Shown here in pieces: positions 21,015 to 33,675 of a DNA stretch of 64,000 nucleotides. Origin of the DNA: Macrostomum lignano (Eukaryota). Every line of letters starts with the position of its first letter. Position 1 is the first letter of the stretch. The translations under genes and the position numbers were made by a program. The DNA is taken from NCBI GenBank assembly GCA_002269645.1, contig NIVC01001186.1:1-64000 (forward strand), given 5' to 3'. The notes under the pieces were generated by a model. It did not search any database, was not told the origin of the DNA, and saw nothing but the letters and a program-made list of their open reading frames with translations.

Positions 21015-24000
21015 ATGTCAACATTTCGGTCTTCTTATCGCGAAGCAACAACGCCTACAGGTGCATCTGCAGCAGCTGGTCCGGTAAACTTCAGCGCCAG
21101 CTTAGATCGTCAGTCGGTTTCCATGGATACGCTGAATAGACAGATGCACAGAGGCAGAGCTGTGAGGGTCAGGCAAGCTCTGTTTCCCGAGACTGTTGGT
21201 GCAGAGGCTGAGCAGATGGCTGGCTTGGAGACTCTCACAAGAGGTCGACGGAGACTGCCAACCAGTGTGCAACAGTTGGCTGAGCCGGCGCAGGTGAGAG
21301 AGTGATAATAAAAATTGATGAGGTTGCACCGGTTGTAATTATAAAACTACTTGACATTTTTTTCTTAAATCTATTTTCGGAATTGTTTTCAAAATCTATT
21401 TTTAGAATCGCCTTTTGTAATCGCCTCCAATCTATTTTTAGGATGGCTCTTCAGTCTATTTTCTTAGAATCGCCTTCTAATCTATTTTTAGAATCGCCTC
21501 CCACATTCTATTTTTAGATTGGTCCTCTAATATATTATAAAAAATCGCCTTCAAATCTATTTTTAGAATCGCCTTCACCAATATAGTTTTTAGAATCGCC
21601 TCCCCAATCTATTTTTAGAATCGCCTCCTCCAATCTATTTTTAGAATCGCCTCCTCCAATCTATTTTTAGAATCGCCTCCTCCAATCTATTTTTAGAATC
21701 GCCTCCTCCAATCTATTTTTAGAATCGCCTCCTTTAATCTATTTTTAGAATCGCCCTACAATATATTTTTAAAATCGCCCTCTTTTCTTTTTTTAAAATC
21801 GCCCTTTAGTCTATTTTTATAATCGTCTTCAATAATTGCTTTTTAATCTTAGATTACATGAGAACATTTCTTTTTTGGAGTTGCCCTGTTTAAAGCCTAA
21901 CCAAAATAACCCTTCTTTAACCCCTTGCTCACGAACCGCCCTCTGCACAATGTACCCTTCTCCCTAATCCCCGCAGATACTTCGCACAGCCGTAGTTAAT
22001 CTGATCAATTACCAAGAGGACGCAGACGTGGCACTGCACGCGGCAGCTGAACTGGCTCGCCTGCTAGGCAGCTCAGATCCGGTCACCTGTCAGCGGGCCG
22101 CCTCCCTGACTCTGCAATTGTCTAAGAAGCAGGCCTGCCGATTGGCATTCGCTGTTCAAGTCGATCTCATTGAGGCCCTACTAATAGTAGTGCAAACTGC
22201 ACAGTCGGTTGAGGCGCTGCGATTCGCTGTTGGCGCCCTGTGCCACATCTGTCAGGCTGAGCAGGGCTGCGCCACTGTTTATCAATGCGGCAGAGTTCGC
22301 GCCGTGCCTGAGCTGCTGCGCTTGTTGGGTGAGGTCACAAACGGCGGATGGGGAGAGGCTGGGAGCTCAGAATAACTACTTAACAGCAGGTGATGAAGGA
22401 GAGAGGCTGAGAGTAGCTACTCAACAGCAGGTGATGAAGGAGAGAGGCTGAGAGTAGCTACTCAGCAGCCAGATGATGAAGGAGAGAGGCTGAGAGTAGC
22501 TACTCAACAGCCAGATGATGGTGAGAGGCTGATCGAGAGTAACTACTTAACAGCAGATGATTGAGGAGAGAGGCTAAGAGTAGCTACTCAACAGCAGATG
22601 ATGGAGGAGAGAGGCTGATCGAGAGTAGCTACTCAACATCAAGTGATGAAGGAGAAAGGCTGATCGAGAGTAGCTACTCAACAGCAGGTGATGGAGGAGA
22701 GAGGCTGAGAGTAGCTACATAACATCAGGTGATGGAGGAGAGAGGCTGAGAGTAGCTACATAACATCAGGTGATGGAGGAGAGAGGCTGAGAGTAGCTAC
22801 ATAACATCAAGTGATGGTGGAGAAAGGCTGATCGAGAGTAGCTACTCAACAGCAGGTGATGGTGGAGAAAGGCTGATCGAGAGTAGCTACTCAACAGCAG
22901 GTGATGGAGGAGAGAGGCTGATCGAGAGTAGCTACTCAACAACAGCAGGTGGTGGAGAAGAGAGGCTGAGAGTAGCTACATAACATCAGGTGATAAAGGA
23001 GAGAGGCTGATCGAGAGTAGCTACTCAACAGCATATGATGAAGGATAGAGGCTGGGAAGGGTCAATATTGGTGCGATAGGTGTAATGTAATCAGTGTTTT
23101 GTATTCATATAACTATATCGCATGTACGATGCCAATGCTGCACAGGTAGCACGGATGTCCGCACCCGGAACTACGCTCTCACCTGTCTGCACCACCTGCT
23201 GGTCCACCTGGAGGAGGCGCGTAACGAAGCCAGGATGGCTTCCGGTGCTCAGGTGCTCTCTGAGCTGCTTCTGAGCATTGTGTCCACCAGCTGGCAGCAA
23301 GCCTCTGTGTCCTCGCCTCCGCCACCGATGTCGCCGCCACTGTCTGCAGCTTCCACAGGTTCCGGTTCGGAAGCTCAGCAGCAGCAGAAACTGATGGCCG
23401 TGTGCATTGACTCTCTGCAGTTGCTGGCTTTTGGTATGCATTTGTGTTGTGATGAGGTATATTAATACATCAAGTACATGCAGGAGGTCTGTGGGCACCG
23501 TTGCGGAACCCTTGTGTTAAGTAATACAAGAATGTTATTATAAAATATTACGTAAGAATAGTTGGATGACGTCACGTCCTTTTCCCGACAGCCAATCAGG
23601 AGAGCAAACTGGTTCTGCTAAGCTGCGGCGCTGTGGACCAGCTGGTTAATTTATTGCTAACAAGTCGTTACGAAAAGCTGCTATTCTCAACTAGTCGCTT
23701 ATTAAAAGTGCTATCGGTTGAGCCAAGCTGCAAGTCAGCCATATTAGCCGCAGGCGGTATTACTGCTCTGGGACGGCACTTGAAATCGACTGGCTCGGAG
23801 AGACTGGTTATGAATGCGCTCTGGACTATTAGAAATCTTAGCGATCAGGTAAAAGTGTTTGACCTGGAACCCTACCCCTTTCCTCTGGAATCTTACCTTT
23901 TTCACCTATAATCCCACCTGTTTCCCTGGAATCCTACCTGTTTCCCCTGGAATCCTACCTGTTTCTCCTGGAATTCTACCTGTTTCCCCTAGAATCCTAC

Positions 24001-26549
24001 GTTTCCTCTTGAATCCTACCTGTTTCCCCTGGAATCTTACCTGTTTCACATGGAATTCTACCTGTTTCTCCTGGAATCCTACCTGTTTCCCTGGAATCCT
24101 ACCTGTTTCCCCTGGAATCCTACCTGTTTCCCCTGGAATCCCACCTGTTTCCCCTAGAATCCTACGTTTCCTCTTGAATCCTACCTGTTTCCCCTGGAAT
24201 CTTACCTGTTTCACATGGAATTCTACCTGTTTCTCCTGGAATCCTACCTGTTTCCCTGGAATCCTACCTGTTTCAATTGGAATCTTAGCTGTTTTACTTG
24301 AAATCCTTCCGGTTTCCCCTGGAATATTTCCTGTTTTCGCTTGAATCCTTCCTGTTTCCCTGGAATATTTCTTGTTTTCGCTTGAATCTTTCCTGTTTCA
24401 CATTGAATCCTACCTGTTTTGCATAGAATCCTACCTGTTTTACATGGAGTCCTACCTGTTTTACATGGAATCCTACCTGTTTCCCTGGAGTCCTACCTTT
24501 TCCCCTGGAATTCTACCTTAAGGATCCCACTTGTCTTAATTTTACCCACCCTAAAACTACAGGCCTTCACACTGAATCAGCCGCTCGATCAGCTTCTAGT
24601 AGACCTAATCGGCCTGTTAGCTTCGCCGGACATCGACTGCGTCACCTGCGCGGCGGGCATACTGTGCAACTTGACCTGCCGAAATCGACGAAATAAATTT
24701 GTTGTCACCTCGTCTGGCGGCGCCGGCGCTCTATCGCTAACTCTCCTAGCCACTCAGGATCGCGAAGAGATTGCCGAACCGTTAATGTGCGCCCTGCGTC
24801 ATATTACTCACGATCATGAACAGGTTAGTAGTGTGTAAAGCATCTTATTGTCGATTTTTATCGAAAACTCAAAAAACATCAGTAAACAGTCTACAACCCC
24901 TTTGAGGAATATAAATAGAGTCGCGTTCTCGGTCCTCTCAATCTGATTGGACGACACGCTGCCGAAGCTTCTGAATCCAGCCAATCTCGTAAATACCATA
25001 TTATTTAGGCTTGCGCAGCTGCCGATGCTGTTCTATCGCACGGGCTGGCCTGCACTCTTGGCGAGCTGCTACATCGGGCAGCTGTCGTTGCCGATGCCAC
25101 CACCGTTGGAGTCGGCGTCAGCGTCGCCAACGACGAGCCAGGAGGTCCCGCTGCCAGTCGGCCGTTGGTGAAGGTCAGTGCTGGCTAGTTGACATGGCAC
25201 CTTTTCTTCTGGATCCTTTCTTCAGCTTTTGTGCTGCTTCATCCTTGAATCTGCTTCTCCGCTCCATCAGTGCTTGAGAATCTGCCTCTCCGCTCCATCA
25301 GTGCTTGAGAATCTGCCTCTCCGCTCCATCAGTGCTTGAGAATCTGCCTCTCCCCGATCTCCGCAGGCCGCTCTGGGCCTCTGCCGGAACCTGTCGCTCC
25401 ACGCTGCCGGCCGCGCCGCCCTCCACGCCGAGTCCGCCCCGGCCGCAGCCTCCGCCATCGCGGCCGCCACTTTGGCTCGCGGCATAGACGCCCTCCTCGA
25501 CGATGCCGGCTCGATAGCGTCTGCTGGCGGCGCCGACGACGGCGTCAGAGCCGAGGAGGTCCTTGAGGCCGCCTTGGCCTGCCTGCACTCTCTTGCCGGC
25601 GGCGCCGACGGCGAGGGCGACGGCGAAACCGACCCGATCGAAGCTCGCCGCCAACGTGACGCCGTAGCAGCCGCGGTGCGCAGCCGGCCGGGCCTGCCCG
25701 ACTCTGTCGCCGAATTGGCCGCCGGCGGCGTTGTCGGCAGCAGCTGCGTCGGTCCGGCTGGCGACCTGCTGGAACGTCTGGCTACGGCGAATGCCGCCAC
25801 TGGTTCAACTTCGGCTACGCTGCAGCGCAGGCCAGCTGTGGAGCTGACGGATGAGCAGCAGCAGCAACGCCATCTCAGCGACAGATCTTCCGTTCTTGAC
25901 GTTCCAGACGTTTCCGTCCGGCCCTACCGATACGGTGAGGAGAACTCCATGCCCCCACTCCAGCCACACACACTGAGAATCGCCCCCACTTCAGCCACAC
26001 ACACTGAGAATCGCCCCCACTCCAGCCACACACACTGAGAATCGCCCCCACTCCAGCCACACACACTGAGAATCCCCCCACACACACTGAGAATCCCCCA
26101 CACACACACTGAGAATCCCCCCACACACACTGAGAATCCCCCACACACACTGAGAATCCCCCACACACACTGAGAATCGCCCCCACACACACTGAGAATC
26201 GCCCCCACTCCAGCCACACACACTAAGAATCGCCCCCTCTCCAGCCACACACACTAAGAATCGCACATAATGATTGGTTAGTTAATGCTTGCACAAAGGA
26301 TGCACACAAAAGTAATAAAAACAACTAATTGGGCCACACGATGCAATTCCGTACTAATATAGAGACATATTTACTCTCGCCGTTTACCCAAAAATTTTAT
26401 AACGCAATTCCGTAGATCCCGAAAGAAGCGGGGCCACTCTACCTGTTAACTATGCTGCTCAGTTGCCGCCTAGCTACCACACCTATCAGCAGGAGCAGCA
26501 ACTGCAGCCAGAGCCGCCGCAGCACTGGTATAACACTGCCAAGATATGA
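21015..26549 (+). CDS. CTNNB1-like: Divergent beta-catenin/armadillo paralogue, 8 exons, 767 aa
   Basis: Exons 21015-21293, 21977-22328, 23146-23433, 23592-23848, 24563-24823, 25009-25173, 25367-25934, 26416-26549 (2304 nt; all GT-AG; phases 0,1,1,0,0,0,1 consistent). Beta-catenin signatures: [139 protein letters not shown]. Confidence 0.9.
21366..21830. repeat. ~26-bp degenerate minisatellite, beta-catenin intron 1
   Basis: Unit AATCTATTTTTAGAATCGCCTCCTCC. Confidence 0.9.
22370..23045. repeat. ~41-45-bp minisatellite, beta-catenin intron 2
   Basis: Unit GAGAGTAGCTACTCAACAGCAGGTGATGGAGGAGAGAGGCT(GATC). Confidence 0.9.
23866..24510. repeat. ~21-bp minisatellite, beta-catenin intron 4
   Basis: Unit GGAATCCTACCTGTTTCCCCT, with an internal longer duplication. 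Confidence 0.9.
25245..25352. repeat. 31-bp repeat (~3.5 copies), beta-catenin intron 6
   Basis: Unit GAATCTGCCTCTCCGCTCCATCAGTGCTTGA; ends ~14 nt before the acceptor at 25366. Confidence 0.9.
25952..26262. repeat. ~22-31-bp minisatellite, beta-catenin intron 7
   Basis: Unit CACACACTGAGAATCGCCCCCACTCCAGCCA and shorter variants. Confidence 0.9.
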
Positions 26550-26997
26550 TATGAATGATTGCTGGCTTACACGTTGACCGTGTGTTTTTTTTTATTGTTG
26601 ACTGTGTACAAGCTCCACATAAATGATTATTCTAAGCCTCTCGTTCATGCATAAATTTTCCAGTTTATGTATATGTTGATACTTAAGATTATGTTTTTTT
26701 AAACTGTGATATTATATAGCCTGTTATCTGTTCTTAAATACTTTTACTAAATGCTATATTAAATCTTGTGATTTAAGAATGAAAGTTTGAAAATTATCAT
26801 TAGCTAAATCCGATTTTAGCGGAATTCTTATTTCATTGTATTTTCTTTTATTGCTAATAATAATGTTTCCAAGCCTGTATCTTCTAATTCTTGCCTTCAA
26901 AATCGTGTTTTTCTAAACTATTATTGTAATTGCCGCATTGATTTCTATCCCAAATTTACACGGACCAAAAAAACTGCCAGGCCATTTATAACGCCCT

Positions 26998-27800
26998 CTC
27001 AACCCCCAAATGTACACTCGCCACTGCCTGGCCAGTTATAACCTCCTCTCTACCCCCAATGTACACTCGCCACTGCCTGGCCAGTTATAACCTCCTCTCT
27101 ACCCCCAATGTACACTCGCCACTGCCTGGCCAGTTATTACCCCATCTCTGCCCCCAAATGTACACTCGCCACTGCCTGGCCAGTTATTACCCCATCTCTG
27201 CCCCCAATGTACACTCGCCACTGCCTGGCCAGTTATAACCTCCTCTCTACCCCCAATGTACACTCGCCACTGCCTGGCCAGTTATTACCCCATCTCTGCC
27301 CCCAAATGTACACTCGCCACTGCCTGGCCAGTTATTACCCCATCTCTGCCCCCAATGTACACTCGCCACTGCCGGGCCAGTTATTACCCTATCTCTGCCC
27401 CCCAATGTACACTCGCCACTGCCAGGCCAGTTATAACCTCCTCTCTACCCCCAATGTACACTCGCCATTGCCGGGCCAGTTATTACCCCATCTCTGCCCC
27501 CAATGTACACTCGTCACTGCCGGGCCAGTTATTACCCTATCTCTGCCCCCCAATGTACACTCGCCACTGCCAGGCCAGTTATTACCCCATCTCTGCCCCC
27601 AATGTACACTCGTCACTGCCGGGCCAGTTATTACCCTATCTCTGCCCCCCAATGTACACTCGCCACTGCCAGGCCAGTTATAACCTCCTCTCTACCCCCA
27701 ATGTACACTCGCCATTGCCGGGCCAGTTATTACCCTATCTCTGCCCCCCAATGTACACTCGTCACTGCCAGGCCAGTTATTACCCCATCTCAACCCCCAA
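26998..27800. repeat. ~49-50-bp minisatellite (~16 copies)
   Basis: Unit AATGTACACTCGCCACTGCCTGGCCAGTTATTACCCCATCTCTGCCCCC. Confidence 0.95.
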
Positions 27801-28606
27801 CACACAATAAACCGCATTATGAGCGCTGGCGCATTGTACTTTTAATGATATTTGCTATGCTGAGTGTTTATTTTTTGTTATATAATCTATTGACTCTGGC
27901 TTGTTTAATAAATCGTGCACATTCCATTCTGCGGTGTTGTGAACTTTTTTGAGAATTAAACATTCCCGTCCAGTTATGGAAACAAGGTTTTGATATTACG
28001 ACGTATTATTGAAATATTTGTTTAAAGTTCGTCTAAAATATTTTATATGTTGGCCGTTATATTTTGGCTGGTACCAAGTGTAACTAATGCGTGTGTTATC
28101 AATTTATTATTTTTATCATTCTCTAATTTTCAAATCAGTTTTTTACCGCCTAGCTATCAATTGCCACACGGAAAAAAACATTCGCCTACTCATGCTACTG
28201 TTTTTCAGTAGGTCGGTAGTGCGTTTTGCTATCTATTTTTGTCTCTGTTAAATTTTATTAATTCTCTTGCACAGCTTGAGTAGTTTAGTTCTATAAATAC
28301 GCGTGTAACTAAATTTAATAATAACACTATTTATCATTAATCATAAACTAATATAGTTGTTTTACTGGTATACTAAAGCTACTATTAGTAGTACAGCTGC
28401 TAAATTAATTAATTAAATTAACAGGTGCAAAAGTTGTTGGTTCCAATCTAAAAGAATTACGTCTTAAAATTTTGTTACTTCTTTGATTGCCTGTGCAAGC
28501 ACGGGTGCTTATATCACGTGGATATGAAAACTATTAAAAGTGGATAAAATATTTACGAACGGGCATCTGCTAAACAGTGCTTATGTATCTGATGTCTTGT
28601 CTTATA

Positions 28607-29012
28607 CCCCAGTGAGCCTTGGCATCTCAGCAATTCCCCCCAGTGAGCCTTGGCATCTCAGCAATTCCCCCAGTGAGCCTTGGAATCTCAGCAATTCCCC
28701 CCAGTGAGCCTTGGCATCTCAGCAATTCCCCTGTGAGCCTTGGCATCTCAGCAATACCCCCAGTGAGCCTTGGCATCTCAGCAATTCCCCCAGTGAGCCT
28801 TGGCATCTCAGCAATTCCCCCCAGTGAGCCTTGGCATCTCAGCAATTCCCCCCAGTGAGCCTTGGAATCTCAGCAATTCCCCCCAGTGAGCCTTGGCATC
28901 TCAGCAATTCCCCTGTGAGCCTTGGCATCTCAGCAATTCCCCTGTGAGCCTTGGCATCTCAGCAATTCCCCCAGTGAACCTTGGCATCTCAGCAATTCCC
29001 CCAGTGAGCCTT
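28607..29012. repeat. ~30-bp minisatellite (~13 copies)
   Basis: Unit CAGTGAGCCTTGGCATCTCAGCAATTCCCC. Confidence 0.95.
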
Positions 29013-29758
29013 GACATTTTTATTTTAATCTTTGGAACTTTCATCGTTCTTAATAGTCGGTTAACTTATTATTGTTAGTAGTATAATTAAAACAATTTTT
29101 TATTAAGTTTCTATCGATTACATCTACATGCAAAACTATAGCGAAACGATAATCGTGAATTCTATTTTTTCTGCCTATCAACTACTATGAGTAGATATTG
29201 CAAAAGCTCAATACTTATTTTTTATAATACCATACATGTACGAGCTATATTGGTATCCATGCAGTGTGCTATGCCAACTTTTCATCCAATGCACTCTCTT
29301 GATACCATTGGAGCATCACGTGCGTAGCCAACGGAGCCAAGCCATCCGGTTTGGTAGAAGATCACTAAAATTGCAGCAATCAAGCACACGTTTGAACCCC
29401 AGTCCAGAGCTTTCAGTGCACTAGATGAGATATTTTCACTGATAAGGAACGCCACGAATTTCTATATTCGTAGCCTCTACATGTACGTGTACGTATTGTT
29501 TGTTGAATTGCGCATTACACCCTCTTTGAACATTGATTATAATATAATGTATTAATGTTCATGCATATGCGAAGTTCAGTTTATTCAAATATATTTCGCC
29601 CAAAAGCAAAGTCACATGAACAGGAGTCTTGGCTACACCGTTTACTGCGTAGCCTCTGCATTCCGTGTCATCGGAGTTGCCGGAACCCTGCAGCTGCATC
29701 AGTTTTGGTTGTAACGCAAAAAATCATCTGTCTCTGATCTGTCTTACAGCTTTGGTGC

Positions 29759-30188
<430 letters not shown>

Positions 30189-30512
30189 TAATTTTTCCTT
30201 TAGTCGTCTGTCTGACATCAAACTTGGGTTATACTCGTAGCTACAGACTTTATAAATAGATTAGATTTTACTAATACAGTTTTTTTCGTTTTATTTTAGC
30301 CTTTCTAGTTTTACAAAATAAGTGTTGTAGAAGAATTCCTTATTTCTAAAGCTGTTTAATAAACCCTAGTAAAATATCTTTCAGTTTAACATAAAGTATT
30401 TAATTTTACTGCAAGATAATCTAGTTATATGCTTGTCCTATGTATTGATATTTAGTCCAAAAAAATTCAATTATATACCAGGTAACTTTAGAATTTCAGC
30501 GCAACTTCTGCA

Positions 30513-33500
30513 ATGAAGCTGAGAACAATCGGGCCGATTGCTACATGCATATTACTTCTAACTGGTACACACGGCAGTAGCGGAAATTCTAACACTACTA
30601 ACAGTAGTAGTGTTGGCTCTGCAGTCGCAAACTGCTATTGCAGCAGAGGGTCGAGAGTCGTTGAAATTTCTCCACGCGACGCTATAGTAGAAATTTCAAC
30701 TCGCTACAATGACTCCAACCAGCCCTTGCCTAGTGGCACGAACTGCAAGTTCGTCATCCCGGGCCGGGCCCATCTGCGGTATTTGATCACCGTTCTCGAG
30801 GCCCACGTGGCAGACGACGCCGCCTACCTTAAAGTGACTGACGGCAACAGGACTCTGCTGCACGACGTCAATCTGCACTTCAGCCGGCGGATGGCTATCA
30901 GCAGCGGCGGCTCCATCTCGGTGAACTTCTGGATGGGCTGGAATAGGCGACCCGAGTCAGGAGGCGGAGGCTACCGGATTCGAATGGAGCGGTTCCGGAG
31001 CCACCACTGCCCGCCGAACTGGACTAAGGCTGCGTGGAGTGCAGAGCAGAAGTTCTGCATCAGCCCTTCATCAGCCGATTTCCTTGGCCTGGTCGCCAAC
31101 GCTACCGCTGTCGCTGATTACGTCACGGCGCAGTACATCTGCAACCGGATGAGAGCCAACCTGCTGATGCCGCCTAAGGTGACAGCTTCTTGGTTTCATT
31201 GCATTGCTTGTAAAAATTTTTTTTTCTAAAATATGAACATTTGATCTGCTTTTAAAGGAACTCTTGCTGTACCCTGAAAAATATTTTAGCTGGCGCCCCT
31301 GGTGCTGGCGCCCATGGTGCTGGCGCCCCTGGTGCTGGCGCCCCTGGTGCTGGCGCCCCTGGTGCTGGCGCCCCTGGTGCTGGCGCCCCTGGTGCTAAAG
31401 CCCCTGGTGCTAAAGCCCCTGGTGCTGGCGCCCCTGGTGCTGGCGCCCCTGGTGCTGGCGCCCCTGGTGCTGGCGCCCCTGGTGCTGGCGCCCCTGGTGC
31501 TGGCGCCCCTGGTGCTGGCGCCCCTGGTGCTGGCGCCCCTGGTGCTGGCGCCCCTGGTGCTGGCGCCCCTGGTGCTGGCGCCCCTGGTGCTGGCGCCCCT
31601 GGTGCTGGCGCCCCTGGTGCTGGCGCCCCTGGTGCTGGCGCCCCTGGTGCTGGCGCCCCTGGTGCTGGCGCCCCTGGTGCTGGCGCCCCTGGTGCTGGCG
31701 CCCCTGGTGCTGGCGCCCCTGGTGCTGGCGCCCCTGGTGCTGGCGCCCCTGGTGCTGGCGCCCCTGGTGCTGGCGCCCCTGGTGCTGGCGCCCCTGGTGC
31801 TGGCGCCCCTGGTGCTGGCGCCCCTGGTGCTGGCGCCCCTGGTGCTGGCGCCCCTGGTGCTGGCGCCCCTGGTGCTGGCGCCCCTGGTGCTGGCGCCCCT
31901 GGTGCTGGCGCCCCTGGTGCTGGCGCCCCTGGTGCTGGCGCCCCTGGTGCTGGCGCCCCTGGTGCTGGCGCCCCTGGTGCTGGCGCCCCTGGTGCTGGCG
32001 CCCCTGTTGCTGGCGCCCCTGGTGCTGGCGCCCCTGTTGCTAAAGCCCCTGGTGCTGGCGCCCCTGGTGCTAAAACCCCTGGTGCTAAAGCCCCTGGTGC
32101 TAAAGATCCTGTTGCTAAAGCCCCTGGTGCTAAAACCCCTGGTGCTAAAGCCCCTGGTGCTAAAGATCCTGTTGCTAAAGCCCCTGGTGCTAAAGTCCCT
32201 TGTGCTAAAGCCCCTGGTGCTAAAGCCCCTGGTGCTAAAGTCCCTAGTGCTAAAGCCCTCTCAGCGGTTTATGAACCGACCAGCCATTAATTCTATTATC
32301 CACATTTGCAATTTTCAGTCCCAGCTCAAGTCAAGGCTCGGGGATCTGCAGAAACTGCTCAACTACAAAGACCTGGTGTGGATCGGCCTGAAGAGCAACA
32401 GCTCAGCTGCTCCCGGCAAAAATCTGTACTGGCTTGACAACTCACAAGAGCAACCGCAACAGTAAGAAGCCACTTATGAATACAAATTAGCTTACAATGA
32501 TTTTCACCTTCACAAAGTCCAATATTTACAACCTTACAATTTACTGTATTAAGTTTTCTTTTGCTGACTTTTCACAATCCCCAACCTTCACAATCCCCAA
32601 CCTTCACAATCTCCAACCTTCACAATCCCCAACCTTCACAATCCCCAAGTTTCACAATCCCTAACCTTCACAATCCCCAAGCTTCACAATCTTCAACCTT
32701 CACAATCCCCAAGTTTCACAATCCCTAACCTTCACAATCCCCAAGCTTCACAATCTTCAACCTTCACAATCCCCAACCTTCACAATCTTCAACCTTCACA
32801 ATCCCCAACCTTCATAATCTTCAACCTTCACAATCCCCAACCTTCATAATCCCCAACCTTCACAATCCCCAACCTTCATAATCCCCAACCTTCACAATTC
32901 CCAACCTTCATAATCCCCAACCTTCACAATACCAAAGATTCACAATTCCCAACATTCATAAACCCTATCCTTCACAACCCCGAAGCTTCACAGTCTTCAA
33001 CCTTCACAATCCACAAGCTTCACAATCCCGAAGCTTCACAATTCCCAACATTCACAATCCCCAACCTTCCTAATCCCAAATCACCCAGAGACCCAGACTT
33101 CCTGACCTGCCGTTCGGGCTACACCTGGTCAGCTGGGTCGGCCTGTCAGTCGGGTGAGCTGTTCGGCCTGCTCCGGCCAACCCCATCAGCCTACCTCCTT
33201 CTGGATCGGCTAAAAGAGCAGCACTACTTTGCCTGCTCAGCGCCCATAGGCGGCACTGATGACTTCTACCCAGTGTGGCTGGAGCAGTCGCTCTTTAAAG
33301 TGCAAGGTGACCCAGCTTCCAAGTCATCAGGAAGTGAATTTAAACAATTTTTCAGTGATAATTTCAGCATCATTGTGTCCGCACTGATGCTCGCTTTGGT
33401 TGTCATGGTATCATTTGGCCTTGCCATGATTTATCGTCCTAGGATTCACAGCGGCATTCCGACTGGTGAACCAGTTCGACCTGTACAGCATCCGCCAGAA

Positions 33501-33650
33501 GAGGTATCCTTAATTGATAATGAAGAAGTTGAAAATCTGGCAGATGAAGAACTCTCAATTAATAACGAAAGTGCAGGAAATGTTATTGACGCCAATCAAA
33601 TTGTTGATATTCATAATACTGTTAGTGATCATACATGTGCTATACAATAA
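30513..33650 (+). CDS. Type I membrane protein: signal peptide, CUB domain, C-type-lectin-like domain, TM helix, acidic tail; 456 aa
   Basis: Exons 30513-31178, 32319-32461, 33089-33650 (phases 0 and 2; 1371 nt). CUB-like: NCKFVIP..YLKVTDG..SSGGSISVNF..GYRIRM. CTLD-like: HCPPNW..FC..AQYICNRMRANLL..VWIGL..YWLD..YFAC. TM: IIVSALMLALVVMVSFGLAMIY. Confidence 0.8.
31289..32258. repeat. 15-bp GC-rich minisatellite filling intron 1 of the CUB-CTLD gene (~64 copies)
   Basis: Unit GCCCCTGGTGCTGGC grading into GCCCCTGGTGCTAAA at the 3' end. Confidence 0.95.
32575..33080. repeat. 16-bp minisatellite, intron 2 of the CUB-CTLD gene
   Basis: Unit CCTTCACAATCCCCAA; runs up to the acceptor at 33088. Confidence 0.9.
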
Positions 33651-33675
33651 TAATCACATTATAAACTTTAGGGGT

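Noticed and set aside
31302-32318. LVLAP or GAPGA (elastin/collagen-like) coding repeat
   Set aside because: Lies between a phase-matched donor (31179) and acceptor (32318) of the CUB-CTLD gene, so it is intronic.
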